A stretch of 64,000 nt of DNA, from contig CAWDML010000003.1 of NCBI GenBank assembly GCA_963803435.1, positions 1,037,781 through 1,101,780 of the forward strand. Direction: 5' to 3'. A model generated the notes under the pieces. That model had not been told where the DNA came from. It searched no databases and worked only from the letters and a program-made list of their open reading frames with translations. The translations under genes and the position numbers were made by a program. This document shows, one piece after another, positions 29,698-40,351 of this stretch (position 1 is the stretch's first letter; each line of letters begins with the position of its first letter). The stretch comes from an uncultured delta proteobacterium. GTDB taxonomy: Bacteria > Myxococcota > Kuafuiibacteriia > Kuafuiibacteriales > Kuafuiibacteriaceae.

Positions 29698-29978
29698 GCA
29701 AGGCGGTCTACGCCCGCAGGAAGAGTATCGTCGAACCGGCGCTCGGACAGATCAAAGCGGCACGAGGATTCCGCCGGTTCTCGCTCCGCTCCTTCTTCAA
29801 GGTACGAGCCGAGTGGACGCTCGTCTGCCTCACCCACAACCTGCTCAAGCTCTACCGATCGAAGCTCGCGACTGTCGCGAGCGTCTGACTCAAGGCAGCC
29901 ATCTTCAGATCGGGACCCGGACCGGGACCGGGACCCGGACCGGGGTCGCGTGAGCGCTTACGCGCTCCACGCTCCTAG
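29698..29978 (+). mobile_element. IS1182-family right-end remnant (transposase C-terminus plus terminal repeat)
   Basis: Near-identical direct repeat of 46986..47272; encodes YARRKSIVEPALGQIK..RGFRRF..EW.LVCL.HNL.KL; hexamer array, then ...CACGCTCCTAG. Confidence 0.88.
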
Positions 29979-30106
29979 CGAGGCTGCCTCAAACGCTCGA
30001 CCCTTGTGCGGGATCTGTAGAGCATCCGGCTGATCTCGTCGATCTCGCTTGCTGACCCGCCCAGGGACGCAAGATCGCGCTCTTCATGACCACTGATCTT
30101 GCTGTC

Positions 30107-30131
30107 GGCTCGCACCTGAAGACTGCGAGCC
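30107..30131 (-). terminator. Possible stem-loop downstream of phoU
   Basis: GGCTCGCA-N9-TGCGAGCC perfect 8-bp stem about 20 bp after the phoU stop; no U-tract. Confidence 0.3.
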
Positions 30132-30152
30132 CCAGCGGTCGCCCGAAGACTC

Positions 30153-30833
30153 CTAGCGATCCAGCTTCCCCGCGTGGCGGACGTCCTTGCCCTTCACCAT
30201 GAAGATCACCTGCTCGGCGAGGTTCGTGCTGTGATCGGCCATCCGCTCGAGCCACTTGGCGACCGACTGGACGTGGATGCCGCGCTCGACGGTGGTCGAG
30301 TCCTTGATCATGACGGCGAGGACGTCGCGGAAGACGCGGGTGTAGAGCTGATCGACCTCGGCGTCGCGGGCGATGACCTGCTGCGCGCGGTCGGCGTCGG
30401 CAGCGACGAAGGCGTCGATGGACTCGCGGACCATCGACTCCACGATCTCGGCCATGCGCGGGATGTCTTCCCAGGGCTTGAGCTGCGGCACCGTAGAAAG
30501 ATCGATGGCGCGCTCACAGATGTTGACCGCGAGGTCGCCGATGCGTTCGAGGTCGGTGACCATCTTGAGCGCGAGCGTGACGAAGCGGAGGTCGGAGGCC
30601 ATCGGCTGGCGCTTCGCGAGGATGATCAGGCAGAGCTCGTCGATGGCGAGCTCGGCTCGGTTGACCTTGTGGTCGGACTCGATGGTGGCGCGCGCGAGAT
30701 CGGGATCGCGCTCGATCAGCGCCTTGACCGAGTCGGCGATCATCTGCTCGACCCGGCCCGCCATCAGCAGCAGACCCTCGCGGAGCCCCCGGAGCTGATT
30801 CTCGTACTCTCGGTCGGTGTGGCTCTTGCGCAT
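30153..30833 (-). CDS. phoU: Phosphate signalling complex protein PhoU
   Basis: QPMASDLR, DLERIGDLAVNI and LERMADHSTNLAE motifs; last gene of the pst operon. Confidence 0.95.
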   Translation of the reverse strand: MRKSHTDREYENQLRGLREGLLLMAGRVEQMIADSVKALIERDPDLARATIESDHKVNRAELAIDELCLIILAKRQPMASDLRFVTLALKMVTDLERIGDLAVNICERAIDLSTVPQLKPWEDIPRMAEIVESMVRESIDAFVAADADRAQQVIARDAEVDQLYTRVFRDVLAVMIKDSTTVERGIHVQSVAKWLERMADHSTNLAEQVIFMVKGKDVRHAGKLDR

Positions 30834-30836
30834 GGA

Positions 30837-31589
30837 TCAGCCGAACTTGCCGGTGATGTAGTCCTCGGTTCTCGAATCCCCCGGCGAGGTGAAGATGCGA
30901 TCGGTCTCAGCGTACTCGACAAGCTCACCGGAAAGGAAGAAAGCGGTCCGCTGCGACACGCGTGCGGCCTGCTGCATGTTGTGGGTGACGACGATGATCG
31001 TGTAGCGCTCTTTCAGTTGATGGATGAGGTCTTCGATCCGCGCGGTGGCCACCGGGTCGAGGGCGGAGCAGGGCTCGTCCATGAGGAGCACCTCGGGCTC
31101 GACGGCGAGGGCCCGGGCGATGCAGAGCCGCTGTTGCTGTCCGCCCGAGAGCCCAATGCCTGGATTTTCCAGTCGATCTTTGACCTCTTCCCACAGGGCG
31201 GCCTGCTCGAGCGCCCGCTCGAGGATGCCGTCGGCGGAGGCGCGGTCGAGGCGGCCGGTGAGGCGGAGACCGGCCAGGACGTTGTCCCGGATCGACATCG
31301 TCGGAAACGGGTTCGGTTTCTGGAAGACCATCCCGACCCGGCGGCGGAGCTGGACCGGGTGGACGTTCGGCCCGTAGACGTCCTCGCCGTCCAAGAGGAC
31401 CCGGCCCTCGATGCGGGCGCCCGGGACGATCTCGTGCATACGGTTGAGGCAGCGGATGAACGTCGACTTGCCGCAGCCGGACGGACCGATGATCGCCGTG
31501 ACCTCGCACGCGGGGATCGCCAGATTGATCCCGCGCAAGACCTCATGCGATCCGAACCATGCGCGCACGTGCTCGGTGTCGACCTTCAC
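30837..31589 (-). CDS. pstB: Phosphate ABC transporter ATP-binding protein
   Basis: [49 protein letters not shown] and [10 protein letters not shown]. Confidence 0.96.
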   Translation of the reverse strand: MKVDTEHVRAWFGSHEVLRGINLAIPACEVTAIIGPSGCGKSTFIRCLNRMHEIVPGARIEGRVLLDGEDVYGPNVHPVQLRRRVGMVFQKPNPFPTMSIRDNVLAGLRLTGRLDRASADGILERALEQAALWEEVKDRLENPGIGLSGGQQQRLCIARALAVEPEVLLMDEPCSALDPVATARIEDLIHQLKERYTIIVVTHNMQQAARVSQRTAFFLSGELVEYAETDRIFTSPGDSRTEDYITGKFG

Positions 31590-32422
31590 TCGGTGGTCCT
31601 CCGCTGGAGTCGACTCCGGACGACGATCGCGGCCAGGTTGAGCAGGAGCATCAGCAGCAGCAGGACGATGATCCCGGCGGCGGCGTTCTGGAGGAAGGCC
31701 CGCTGCGGGCGCGAGACCCAGTTGAAGATCTGGATCGGGAGCGCCGTGAACGGCGAGGTCGGGCCGTTCGGCAGGAACGTGACGTAAGCGAGCGCGCCGA
31801 CCACGATCAGCGGCGCAGTCTCCCCGATCGCGCGAGAGGTGGCGAGGATCGCACCGGTGAGGATGCCCGGCAGCGCCATCGGAAGGACCACGCGGCGGAT
31901 CGTCTGCCAGCGGGTTGCGCCCAGCGCATAGCAGGCCTCGCGGATCCCCAGCGGGACGCTCCGGAGAGCCTCGCGGGAGGCGATGATCACGAGAGGCAGG
32001 ACCAGCAACGCCATGGTGAAGGCGCCGGCGAGTAGGCTGCGACCCATTCCGAGCGTCCGCACGAAGACCCCCAGTCCGAGCAGGCCGTAGATGATCGAGG
32101 GGACGCCGGCGAGGTTCGCGATGTTGATCTCGATGAGGCTCGCGAGGCGGCCCCGCTGGCCGTACTCCTCGAGGTAGATGGCGGCGCCCACGCCGATCGG
32201 CAGCGCGACCGCGGCGGTCATTGCGATCAGGTAGGCGCTGCCCACCAAGCCGGGCAGGATCCCGGCGAGCGCCGCGCGGCGCGACGGGAACCCGAGGATG
32301 AACGAGAGATCGAGCCGGCCGGCGGCGTCGATGAGGAGGTGGCCGACGAGGATCGCGAGCACCGCCAGCGGCAGCAGTACGGCGAACAAGCAGAGCCCGA
32401 TGAAGACGCGCTCGGATCTCAC
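31586..32422 (-). CDS. pstA: Phosphate ABC transporter permease PstA
   Basis: GTG at 32422 overlaps the pstC stop; [29 protein letters not shown] and RAIGETAPL. Confidence 0.92.
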   Translation of the reverse strand: MRSERVFIGLCLFAVLLPLAVLAILVGHLLIDAAGRLDLSFILGFPSRRAALAGILPGLVGSAYLIAMTAAVALPIGVGAAIYLEEYGQRGRLASLIEINIANLAGVPSIIYGLLGLGVFVRTLGMGRSLLAGAFTMALLVLPLVIIASREALRSVPLGIREACYALGATRWQTIRRVVLPMALPGILTGAILATSRAIGETAPLIVVGALAYVTFLPNGPTSPFTALPIQIFNWVSRPQRAFLQNAAAGIIVLLLLMLLLNLAAIVVRSRLQRRTTE

Positions 32423-33301
32423 GCGGCGGCCCGGAAGCGGCTTCGGAGTCGCTGGCTCATCAGGTTCATGGCGAAGGTCAGGACGAAGAGCGCGGTCCCC
32501 ACGACGAAGATGGTGCGGTACTCGAGCGAGCCGGCGGGCGTGTCGCCGAGACTGACCTGGACGATGTAGGCGGTCATCGTCTCCACCGGAACGCGGGGAT
32601 CGAGCGTCAGCCGCGGCTGCTGGCCCGCGGCGATCGCCACGATCATCGTCTCGCCGATCGCGCGCGAGATCGCCAGGATCACGGAGGCCGCGATCCCCGA
32701 GAGCGCCGACGGCAGGACCACGCGGAAGATCGCGGGCAGCCGTCCCGAGCCCAGCGCGTAGGCGGCCTCCCGGAGGCTGTTGGGGACGGAGAAGAGCGCG
32801 TCCTCTCCGAGCGAGGAGATCATCGGAATGATCATCGATCCCCATGACCAGGCCGGCGCTGAGCGAGTTGAAGCCCGCCAGACCCGGGATCACCTTCTGG
32901 AGCAGCGGCGTCACCAGCACGAGCGCAAAGTAGCCGAACACGATCGTCGGCACGCCCGCCAGGACCTCGAGGGCCGGCTTGAGGATCCGGCGGAGGTGCT
33001 GGGGGGCAAACTCGCTGAGGTAGATGGCCGCCAAGAGCCCGCAGGGGAGAGCCACCGCGATCGCGATCGCCGAGGTGAGGAACGTGCCCGCGACCAGGGG
33101 CCAGATCCCGAAGTGCTTGTCCGCGAACAGCGGTGTCCACTCGGTGTCGCCGAGGAAGGCGAACAGCGGGACCTCGGCGAAGAACTCGTACGTCTCGAAG
33201 GCGAGCACGCCCAGGATTCCGGCGGTGGTGAGGATCGAGACCAGGCCGCAGGCGAGCAGCGCCAGCTCGATCAGACGCTCGCGCCCGCTACTTCCGGGCA
33301 A
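32419..33301 (-). CDS. pstC: Phosphate ABC transporter permease PstC, +1 frameshift near 32836
   Basis: FGIWPL..GT, AIYLSEF and [10 protein letters not shown] in the first frame; MIIP...EDAL..VP..LREA and RAIGETM in the next frame. Confidence 0.9.
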
Positions 33302-34277
33302 GCAGCGCCTCGACAGTCACGCCGACCTTCGCGCCGCCGCCGTCGAACACCGAGCCGGTGATCCGGTCGTGGAGACGCCGGCGAACGAGCGTGTACGCGC
33401 GGTCGGGGAGGGGAAGGTATCCGACCTCGGCGACCAGCTCGCGCGCGTGGTCGAGGTAGAAGTCGGCAAAGGCCTGGACCTCGGGACGCTCGACCGCGCT
33501 TCGCTTCACGTAGATGAACAGGGGGCGCGAGAGCGGCTGATACGTGCCGTTCGCGACGGTGACCTTCGAGGGCGCGATCGGGCCCTCGCCGTCGTCCGCG
33601 CGGCCGTCGTCGATCGGGACCAGCTTCAGCCGGTCCTGGTTCTCGAAGTAGTACGCGAACCCGAAGAACCCGAGCGCCAGCGGGTCGGTCGAGATCCCCT
33701 GGACCAGCATGTTGTCGTCTTCGCTCGAGGTGTAGTCGCCGCGGCTCGAGTGCTCGGTGCCGACGATCGCCTCGGTGAAATAGTCGTAGGTTCCAGAGTC
33801 GACGCCGGGCCCGAACAGGTGGATCTCGCGGTCGGGCCAGCCGGTCCGCACCTGGGACCAGCGCGTGACCTTTCGCTGCGCGTCGGGCTCCCACAACGTC
33901 TTCAGCTCGCCGACCGTCAGGTGATCGACCCAGTCGTTCTTCGCGTGCACGACCAGCGCCAGGCCGTCGTAAGCGATCGGGAGCTCGATGTACTCGATGC
34001 CACTCTTCCGACAAAGCTCGACCTCGCTCGGCTCGATCGGGCGGGAGGCGCCGGAGATCGCCGTCTCGCCGCCGCAAAACTTCTTGAACCCGCCGCCGGT
34101 CCCCGAGACCCCGACGGTCACCCGCTCCGCACCGGTCTTCTGGAACTCCTCGGCGACCGCCTCGGTGATGGGATAGACGGTGCTGGATCCGTCGATGGCG
34201 ATCACCGCGCCCGGGTGGCTCTTGCAGCCTACGAAGACGGAGGCGCTCGAGAGGATGAGGAGGGAGAGCGCCTTCAT
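33288..34277 (-). CDS. pstS: Phosphate ABC transporter substrate-binding lipoprotein
   Basis: FVGC lipobox; [32 protein letters not shown] and [12 protein letters not shown]. Confidence 0.94.
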   Translation of the reverse strand: MKALSLLILSSASVFVGCKSHPGAVIAIDGSSTVYPITEAVAEEFQKTGAERVTVGVSGTGGGFKKFCGGETAISGASRPIEPSEVELCRKSGIEYIELPIAYDGLALVVHAKNDWVDHLTVGELKTLWEPDAQRKVTRWSQVRTGWPDREIHLFGPGVDSGTYDYFTEAIVGTEHSSRGDYTSSEDDNMLVQGISTDPLALGFFGFAYYFENQDRLKLVPIDDGRADDGEGPIAPSKVTVANGTYQPLSRPLFIYVKRSAVERPEVQAFADFYLDHARELVAEVGYLPLPDRAYTLVRRRLHDRITGSVFDGGGAKVGVTVEALLARK

Positions 34278-36046
34278 GCGTCGGTTGTGACTTCCTCGGG
34301 TGACAGAGAGGTGACAGCGGGGCGAATTCTGACCCAGAAGATCGAACCCTTGGGCGTGGCGGATTCGAAGCCGACCGTGCCGCCCATGGCGTTGGCGAGG
34401 TGCTTGACGATCGAGAGCCCGAGGCCGGTCCCACCGACCTCGCGCGATCGCCCCGGATCGACGCGATAAAAGCGCTCGAAGATCCGCGTGCGATGCCTCG
34501 GTTCGACGCCGGGACCGTCGTCCTCGACCTCGATGTGGACGCCGCCGTCGCTCGATCGGCCGCGCACGACCACGCGCCCGGCCGCGGGCGTATACTTCAC
34601 GGCGTTCTCGAGCAGGTTGGTGAGCACGTGCTCGAGCGCCTGGGGATCGGCCTCGGCCTGCAGATCCTTCGGCACCTCGATCTCGACGCGGATGCCTTTC
34701 CCCTGCGCCGGCTCGGCGACGCTCTCGACGGCGTGGCGAACGATCGGCTCCAGGGAGGTGGGACCGAGCTGGAGCTCGTACTCACCGGCCTCCATGCGAG
34801 ACAGGTCGAGGAGATCGGCGATGATCCGGGAGAGACGCTCGGCGTTGCGATGCACGGCGTCGAGGAAGGCGCGCGCGTGCTTGGGATCGTCGAGGGCGCC
34901 ACCGAGCAGAGTCTCGGCGTTCGCGCGGATCACCGCGACCGGCGTGCGCAGCTCGTGCGACACGTTGGCCACGAAGTCCCGGCGGACGGCCTCCAGCCGG
35001 CGCATCTCCGTGACATCGTGGAGCACCACCACGCACCCGCCGCTGGTGCGGAGCGGCGCCGCGCGTGCACCCAGCGTGCGCTTGTCGCCGAGGCTGAACT
35101 CACAGAATGCCCGCGTGTCGGCTCGCGCCACCAGATCGGCCAGCGCCGGGGCGCGCACCGCCTCGAGGAGCGCCTGGCCGGCCGCCGGCGAGATCCCGAG
35201 CAGCTCCCGGGCGGCGCGGTTGGCCCGCAGGATCCGCTGGTGCTCGTCCAGCGCCAGCACGCCCTCGGTCATGTCGTCGAGGATCGTCTCCAGGTGATCG
35301 CGCTCGGCCACTAGGTCGGCGACGGTGCGCTCCAGCTCCGCGATCACCTGGTTGAAGGAGCCGGCGAGCCGCCCCAGCTCGTCGGTCGACGAGACCGGCA
35401 CGCGACCCTTGCCGCCGGACGCGATCGAGCGGGCGCTGTCGACCAGCTCCCCGATGGCGCGCCAGGCGAAGTGCGAGGCCAGCCCGCTCATGAAGACCGC
35501 GACGGCGAGCCCCAGGAGCGCGCCGAACAGGAGCAGGATCCGGAGGTGACCCACCGCTTCGTCGACCTGGGCCAGCGGTGTCGAGACCCGCACGACTCCG
35601 GCGTGCGCCTTGGTGCGATAGGGGACCGCGACGTAGAGCATGTCCGTCCGGATCGTGGTGCTGAAGCGACGGGAGCTCCCGCGGGCCCGGCGCACGGCCT
35701 CCTCGACCTCGGGCCGGTGGCCGTGGTTCTCCAGCTCGGCGACACGCTCCGGCGGGAGCGTCGAGTCCCCCAGCACCACGCCGTTCTCTGCGATGACCGT
35801 GACGCGGGCCTCCGTCGACGCCCCCAGGCGATCGGCGATCGGATCGATGGCAGCGATGGTGGGCTCGGGATCCGCAACCTCGAGGAGGTCCGTGCCGCTG
35901 TTCGCGATGATCGTCAGCTCGGACTCGATCCGGTCCTCGAGCGAGGTGCGCAGGGCGTGCTCCAGATACAGACCGCTGGCCAGCCCCACCGGAAGCATCA
36001 CGAGCAGCGAGACGACGAAGAGCTTTCCCCGGACGCCGAGCTTCAA
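34274..36046 (-). CDS. phoR: Phosphate regulon sensor histidine kinase (HAMP-PAS-HisKA-HATPase)
   Basis: ENH..RPEV periplasmic motif, [30 protein letters not shown] and [12 protein letters not shown]. Confidence 0.9.
   Translation of the reverse strand: MKLGVRGKLFVVSLLVMLPVGLASGLYLEHALRTSLEDRIESELTIIANSGTDLLEVADPEPTIAAIDPIADRLGASTEARVTVIAENGVVLGDSTLPPERVAELENHGHRPEVEEAVRRARGSSRRFSTTIRTDMLYVAVPYRTKAHAGVVRVSTPLAQVDEAVGHLRILLLFGALLGLAVAVFMSGLASHFAWRAIGELVDSARSIASGGKGRVPVSSTDELGRLAGSFNQVIAELERTVADLVAERDHLETILDDMTEGVLALDEHQRILRANRAARELLGISPAAGQALLEAVRAPALADLVARADTRAFCEFSLGDKRTLGARAAPLRTSGGCVVVLHDVTEMRRLEAVRRDFVANVSHELRTPVAVIRANAETLLGGALDDPKHARAFLDAVHRNAERLSRIIADLLDLSRMEAGEYELQLGPTSLEPIVRHAVESVAEPAQGKGIRVEIEVPKDLQAEADPQALEHVLTNLLENAVKYTPAAGRVVVRGRSSDGGVHIEVEDDGPGVEPRHRTRIFERFYRVDPGRSREVGGTGLGLSIVKHLANAMGGTVGFESATPKGSIFWVRIRPAVTSLSPEEVTTDA
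34300..34317 (-). promoter_or_regulatory. Pho box-like PhoB binding site inside the phoR 3' end, upstream of pstS
   Basis: Minus strand reads CTGTCAC-CTCT-CTGTCAC (11-bp spacing), matching the CTGTCAY-N4-CTGTCAY consensus; it ends 23 nt before the pstS ATG. Confidence 0.75.
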
Positions 36047-36750
36047 GGACGTTCCTCGTCCTGTTGGGCGCGGAAGCGGTAGCCGACGCCCCGGAGCGTC
36101 TCGATGTAGTCGCCCGCGGCGCCCAGCTTCTGTCGCAGCCGCTTGACGTGTGTGTCGACGGTCCGGGTGGTGACGTCGGCGGTGATGCCCCAGACGTCGG
36201 AGAGCAGCATCTCCCGCGTCTGTACGCGACCACGGCGGTTGATGAAGACGAAGAGCAGCTTGAACTCGAGCGCGGTGAGGATGATCTCCTCCGCGTCGAC
36301 CCAGACGCGATGACCGCTGGCGTCGATGCGCAGCTTGCCGAAGGCGACCTCGCTGGTCTCGGCGGGCGCCGGGGGTTGCGAGCGCCTCCGGATCGCGCGC
36401 ACCCGTAGCAGGAGCTCGCGCACCGAGAATGGCTTGACCACGTAGTCATCGGCGCCGACCTCGAAGCCGACCACGCGATCGATCTCCTCGCCCTTGGCCG
36501 TCAGCATCACCACCGGGACGTGGCGCGTGCAATCGTTCATCTTGAGGTGTCGGCAGACCTCGGTGCCCGAAACGTCCGGCAGCATCAGGTCGAGCAGCAC
36601 CAGATCGGGGAGCCGTCCGCGCGAGACCATCTCGATGGCCTGCGCGCCGTCGCGTGCGACCTCGGTCTCGTAGCCCTCGCGTTCGAGGTTGTAGGCGAGC
36701 GTGTCGGCGAGATCCTGCTCGTCCTCGACGATGAGGATCAGGTCCGACAT
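36043..36750 (-). CDS. phoB: OmpR/PhoB family response regulator
   Basis: VEDE, LLDLMLP, LTAKGEEIDRV, DDYVVKPF, RTVDTHVKRLR and ETLRGVGY; upstream of phoR and pst. Confidence 0.9.
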   Translation of the reverse strand: MSDLILIVEDEQDLADTLAYNLEREGYETEVARDGAQAIEMVSRGRLPDLVLLDLMLPDVSGTEVCRHLKMNDCTRHVPVVMLTAKGEEIDRVVGFEVGADDYVVKPFSVRELLLRVRAIRRRSQPPAPAETSEVAFGKLRIDASGHRVWVDAEEIILTALEFKLLFVFINRRGRVQTREMLLSDVWGITADVTTRTVDTHVKRLRQKLGAAGDYIETLRGVGYRFRAQQDEERP

Positions 36751-36765
36751 GGCCTCCCCTTATGT

Positions 36766-37548
36766 CTAGGAGCCTCGGCTGTCCAGCATCGCCTTGAGCG
36801 CATAGGCCTCGCGGCACAGGCCCTTGATCTCCTGGTCCAGGCGGTCCCGCTGCTTCCCAGGCTTCACGTCCATCAGGCGGGCCAGGGCGGCGGCGCAGTG
36901 CTCGCTCAACGGCCCGGACTCGTCGGCCTTTTCGGCCTTGGCGGCCTCGCGGAGGTGGAACTGCACCGTGGCGATCGCGGCCGGACCCTCGCAGAAGGCG
37001 GTCGCGCTCTTGAGCAGCTTCTTCGTCTTCTTGTCCTTCCTCTTGGACTCGCCCACCACGCGCGCGGTGATCCCAATCTTCTTACAAGCCTCCTCCGGAT
37101 CCCCCTTCTTCTTGGCGGTCTGGACCGCCTTCTTGAAGTCCGCCTTGAGCGACGACGCGGTGAACATCCGCTTCATCGTGGGCGACAGCTCCGGCATCGG
37201 TGGCTCGGGCTCGGCGGCCTTCTTCATCAGCTTCCGGGACTCGATCGCCTCCGGACAGAACGAGTCGAGCTGCTGGGCGAACTGCTGGAGCTTCACGTCG
37301 GACGCGTTCGCTGCCAGCCGCTCGGCGACCTTGGGCTCGAGCTCGATACATTGATCTCGCCGTTTCGCGCTGTCGCCCGCGCGCTTCGTCTGCACAATCT
37401 CGGCGAAGGCGGCTTCGAGCTCCTTGAGGTCGCTCTTGCCTTTGTCCATCTGGGCCGCCTCGCCCGCCGCGTCGACCGCCTCGCTCGGCTTCTCCTTGGC
37501 CTCCGAGCACGCGAACGCCAGCAGCCCCATCCACAGGATCGATCTCAT
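36766..37548 (-). CDS. Hypothetical helical lipoprotein
   Basis: MRSILWMGLLAFAC lipobox; Lys/Ala-rich helices with paired cysteines; ends 15 bp upstream of phoB. Confidence 0.6.
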   Translation of the reverse strand: MRSILWMGLLAFACSEAKEKPSEAVDAAGEAAQMDKGKSDLKELEAAFAEIVQTKRAGDSAKRRDQCIELEPKVAERLAANASDVKLQQFAQQLDSFCPEAIESRKLMKKAAEPEPPMPELSPTMKRMFTASSLKADFKKAVQTAKKKGDPEEACKKIGITARVVGESKRKDKKTKKLLKSATAFCEGPAAIATVQFHLREAAKAEKADESGPLSEHCAAALARLMDVKPGKQRDRLDQEIKGLCREAYALKAMLDSRGS

Positions 37549-37565
37549 CGGCCGCCCTTTTACTG

Positions 37566-40337
37566 TCACTGAGCGGTGATCGTCACGGTATACGAGTTCA
37601 CGCAGAGCGGATCGCCGGCGGTGGCGTCGCCCGCCTGGAGAATCCACGTCCCGACGGGGCTTTGCCCGTTGAACGCGGTCAGATCACCCGTGTTCGGGAG
37701 GAAGGTGCCGCTCACGGGCGTGTTGGCGGGGATGGCGACGGCGCTCTGATCGAAGGTCACTGTCACCGGGGAGATCGCGACGCCCCCGGACCAGGTGCCG
37801 GGCGGGGCCAGCACCACCTGGGTATTCGTGGGGCCCTGGATCCGGAAGCTGGTCTCCGCGTGGTAGGCGTCTGCGCTGGCCGGGGCGGCGCAGCTGCCGT
37901 CGGTCTTGAGGAAGTTGATGGTGACGTCGACATCCGTGATGACGGCCCCCGGCGGGAAGGCGCCGGCGGCGAAGTCGACCATCCCCACGTTGACGCCGAA
38001 GGGAGGCGTCGCGTCCACGCTCACGGTGGGGCCGGGCCAGGTCCCGCTCACGGTGACGATGCCGAGCTCGACCAGCAGGGTCGCGGTGCCCGACACCGCG
38101 GTGGGTACGTGCCGGGCCGTGACGGTGACCGTCCCCACGGCGACGCCGGTGGCGACGCCCCGGGATCCCTCGACGTTGCTGATGGTCGCCGGGCTGCTGG
38201 ACACGCTCCACGTCACGGAGTTCGTCACGATGTAACGCGCGCCGTTGGAGAAGGACCCGATCGCGGTGAAGGCCACGGTGTCGCCGATGTCAACGGTCGT
38301 GCTGGGCGGCTGCACGCCGATCGCGTTCAGCGTGATCCCACCGGAGACGGTCATGGTCGCCGACTGTCCCGACGCGGCGCTGCCGATCCCGGTACCCGGG
38401 TCGACCGCCGAGATGGTGGCGACGCCGGCCGCGAGACCCGTGCCCACGCCGCGCGAGCCGGTGGCGTTGCTCATGTGAACGGCCGTGGTGTTGTCGGAGC
38501 CCCAGCTCACCAGCGTGGTGAGGTCCTGCGTGGCTCCGTTGTCGTACGAGCCCACCGCGATGAACTGGACGTCCGCCCCCACGGGTACGGTGGTGGAGGT
38601 CATCACCGCGAGCGACACGAGGTTGGCGATCGAGACGTTCACGTTCGCCGACTGGTTGCTGGTCGTGCTGCTCACCTGCGTCGCCGGATCGGTCGCCGAG
38701 ATCACGGCGCTGCCCGACTGCTGTGCGGTCGCCAGGCCGCCGGGGGCGATCGTGATCGCGGGGGAGCTGCTGTCCCAGACCACCGTCTGCGTGATGACCT
38801 GCTGCGAGTCGTCCGTGTAGTGCCCGGTCGCGGTGAACTGCTGCGTGCCGCCGACCACCATGGTGCGCGTCGGGGGCGTCACCGCGATCGAGGTGAGCGC
38901 CGGCGGCGTGATGGTCAGCTGCGCCGACTGGTTGGCGTCGTCGCTGCTCAACCCGCTCGGCGGATCGAACGCGGAGATCGTGGTGGCACCGACGGCCACG
39001 CTGGTGACGAGACCCGCGGCGTCGATGGTGGCCGCGCCGACGTTCGACGAGTCCCAGAGGACGCGCGCGCTGAGGTCGGCGCTCGAGTTGTCGGAGTAGA
39101 GGCCGATCGCGCGGTACTGCTGCGTGAGCCCGAGGGCCAGGTTGGTCTGCGGCGGCAGGATCACGATGCTCTGGAGCCGGGCGGGGAGGATGGTGAGCAC
39201 CCCGGAGGTGTGGGTGTCCTCGCTGCTCTTGCCGCTGGTCGGCTCGACCACGGAGAGCGTGGTCGTGCCGGGCCCGACGGTCGTGATCTCGCCCTGGGCG
39301 CCCGGAGTATTGCTCACGGTGGCGACGCTGGGATCGGAGGAGGACCAGGTGACGGCGGCGGTCAGATCGCGGGTGGCGCCGTCGGTGTAGTCGGCGGTGG
39401 CGTGGAAGCTGATGCGCTCACCCTGTCCGATCACCGCGGACGTGGGGGTGACGGTGAGCGTCAGGATCGCGGCGGGCACCACGCGAAGCGAGACCGAGGC
39501 GTGGACGCCGGAGTCGACGTGCGTGGCGGTGATCGAGGTGAGTCCCGCGGTGAGCGCGCTGGCGAGCCCGGCCGCGTCGATGGAGGCGATGGCCTCGCTC
39601 GAGGACGACCATTGCGCGGTGGCGGTGATGTCGGCGTCGGTGCCGTCGGCGTAGTGGGCCATGGCCGTGAACTGCTGCGTGCTCCCGACGGGTACCTGGA
39701 CGGTGGCCGGCTCGACGGTGATCGACATGGGAGCGCGCGCGGAGACCGTGATCACCGCCGGGGTCGCCTGCATTCCGCTCGTCGGATCCGTGGCGGAGAT
39801 CGACGCGACGCCTCGGGCGACGGCGGTGACCAACCCGCTCGCCACGCTGGCGACTGTCTCGTCCGTGGTGGTCCAGTCGACGGCGGTCGTGACGTCCATG
39901 GTCGTCCCGTCCTCGAAGTGGGCCATCGCGCGGATCTGGACCGTGGCGCCCTCGTCGATCGTCGCGGTGGTGGGGTCGATGGTGAGCCCGGTGATCTGTC
40001 CGGCGGCGACGACGACGTTCGCGGAGGCGGTCTGATCGTCGAGGGCGGCCTCGATCTTGGTGGTGCCGGCGGCGACGGCGGTGACCACGCCGTTGACCAC
40101 GGTGGCGACGGTCTCGTCGCTCGAGCTCCACGCGACGCTGGCCGTGATGTCCTTGGTGGTGCCGTCGCTGTACGCACCGCTCGCCGTGAAGGTGGCGGTG
40201 GCGTCGCGCTCGAGCATCGCGCTTCCGGGCGACAGCGTGATGCTCTCGAGGGTGGTCTGCCCCGGCGGGGGTTGGCGCCGATCGTTGGAGCAGGCGAAGA
40301 GGAGGGTCGGGATCAGGAGATAGAGCACGCTCCGCAT
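37566..40337 (-). CDS. Lipoprotein with eight bacterial Ig-like (Big_2) repeats and a C-terminal proprotein-convertase P-like domain
   Basis: LFAC lipobox; eight units of (L)xSIxVxP...QFxAxGxYxDG..D.T..VxWxSS; C-terminal ITDVDV...VVL...TFD...L.AFNGQ...GTW.L. Confidence 0.85.
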   Translation of the reverse strand: MRSVLYLLIPTLLFACSNDRRQPPPGQTTLESITLSPGSAMLERDATATFTASGAYSDGTTKDITASVAWSSSDETVATVVNGVVTAVAAGTTKIEAALDDQTASANVVVAAGQITGLTIDPTTATIDEGATVQIRAMAHFEDGTTMDVTTAVDWTTTDETVASVASGLVTAVARGVASISATDPTSGMQATPAVITVSARAPMSITVEPATVQVPVGSTQQFTAMAHYADGTDADITATAQWSSSSEAIASIDAAGLASALTAGLTSITATHVDSGVHASVSLRVVPAAILTLTVTPTSAVIGQGERISFHATADYTDGATRDLTAAVTWSSSDPSVATVSNTPGAQGEITTVGPGTTTLSVVEPTSGKSSEDTHTSGVLTILPARLQSIVILPPQTNLALGLTQQYRAIGLYSDNSSADLSARVLWDSSNVGAATIDAAGLVTSVAVGATTISAFDPPSGLSSDDANQSAQLTITPPALTSIAVTPPTRTMVVGGTQQFTATGHYTDDSQQVITQTVVWDSSSPAITIAPGGLATAQQSGSAVISATDPATQVSSTTSNQSANVNVSIANLVSLAVMTSTTVPVGADVQFIAVGSYDNGATQDLTTLVSWGSDNTTAVHMSNATGSRGVGTGLAAGVATISAVDPGTGIGSAASGQSATMTVSGGITLNAIGVQPPSTTVDIGDTVAFTAIGSFSNGARYIVTNSVTWSVSSSPATISNVEGSRGVATGVAVGTVTVTARHVPTAVSGTATLLVELGIVTVSGTWPGPTVSVDATPPFGVNVGMVDFAAGAFPPGAVITDVDVTINFLKTDGSCAAPASADAYHAETSFRIQGPTNTQVVLAPPGTWSGGVAISPVTVTFDQSAVAIPANTPVSGTFLPNTGDLTAFNGQSPVGTWILQAGDATAGDPLCVNSYTVTITAQ

Positions 40338-40351
40338 GGCGGAGCAGGCTA

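Noticed and set aside
31586-33301. Apparent PstC-PstA fusion (571-aa ORF)
   Set aside because: The middle of the ORF is out-of-frame nonsense; the true PstC C-terminus is in ORF 32419..32835.
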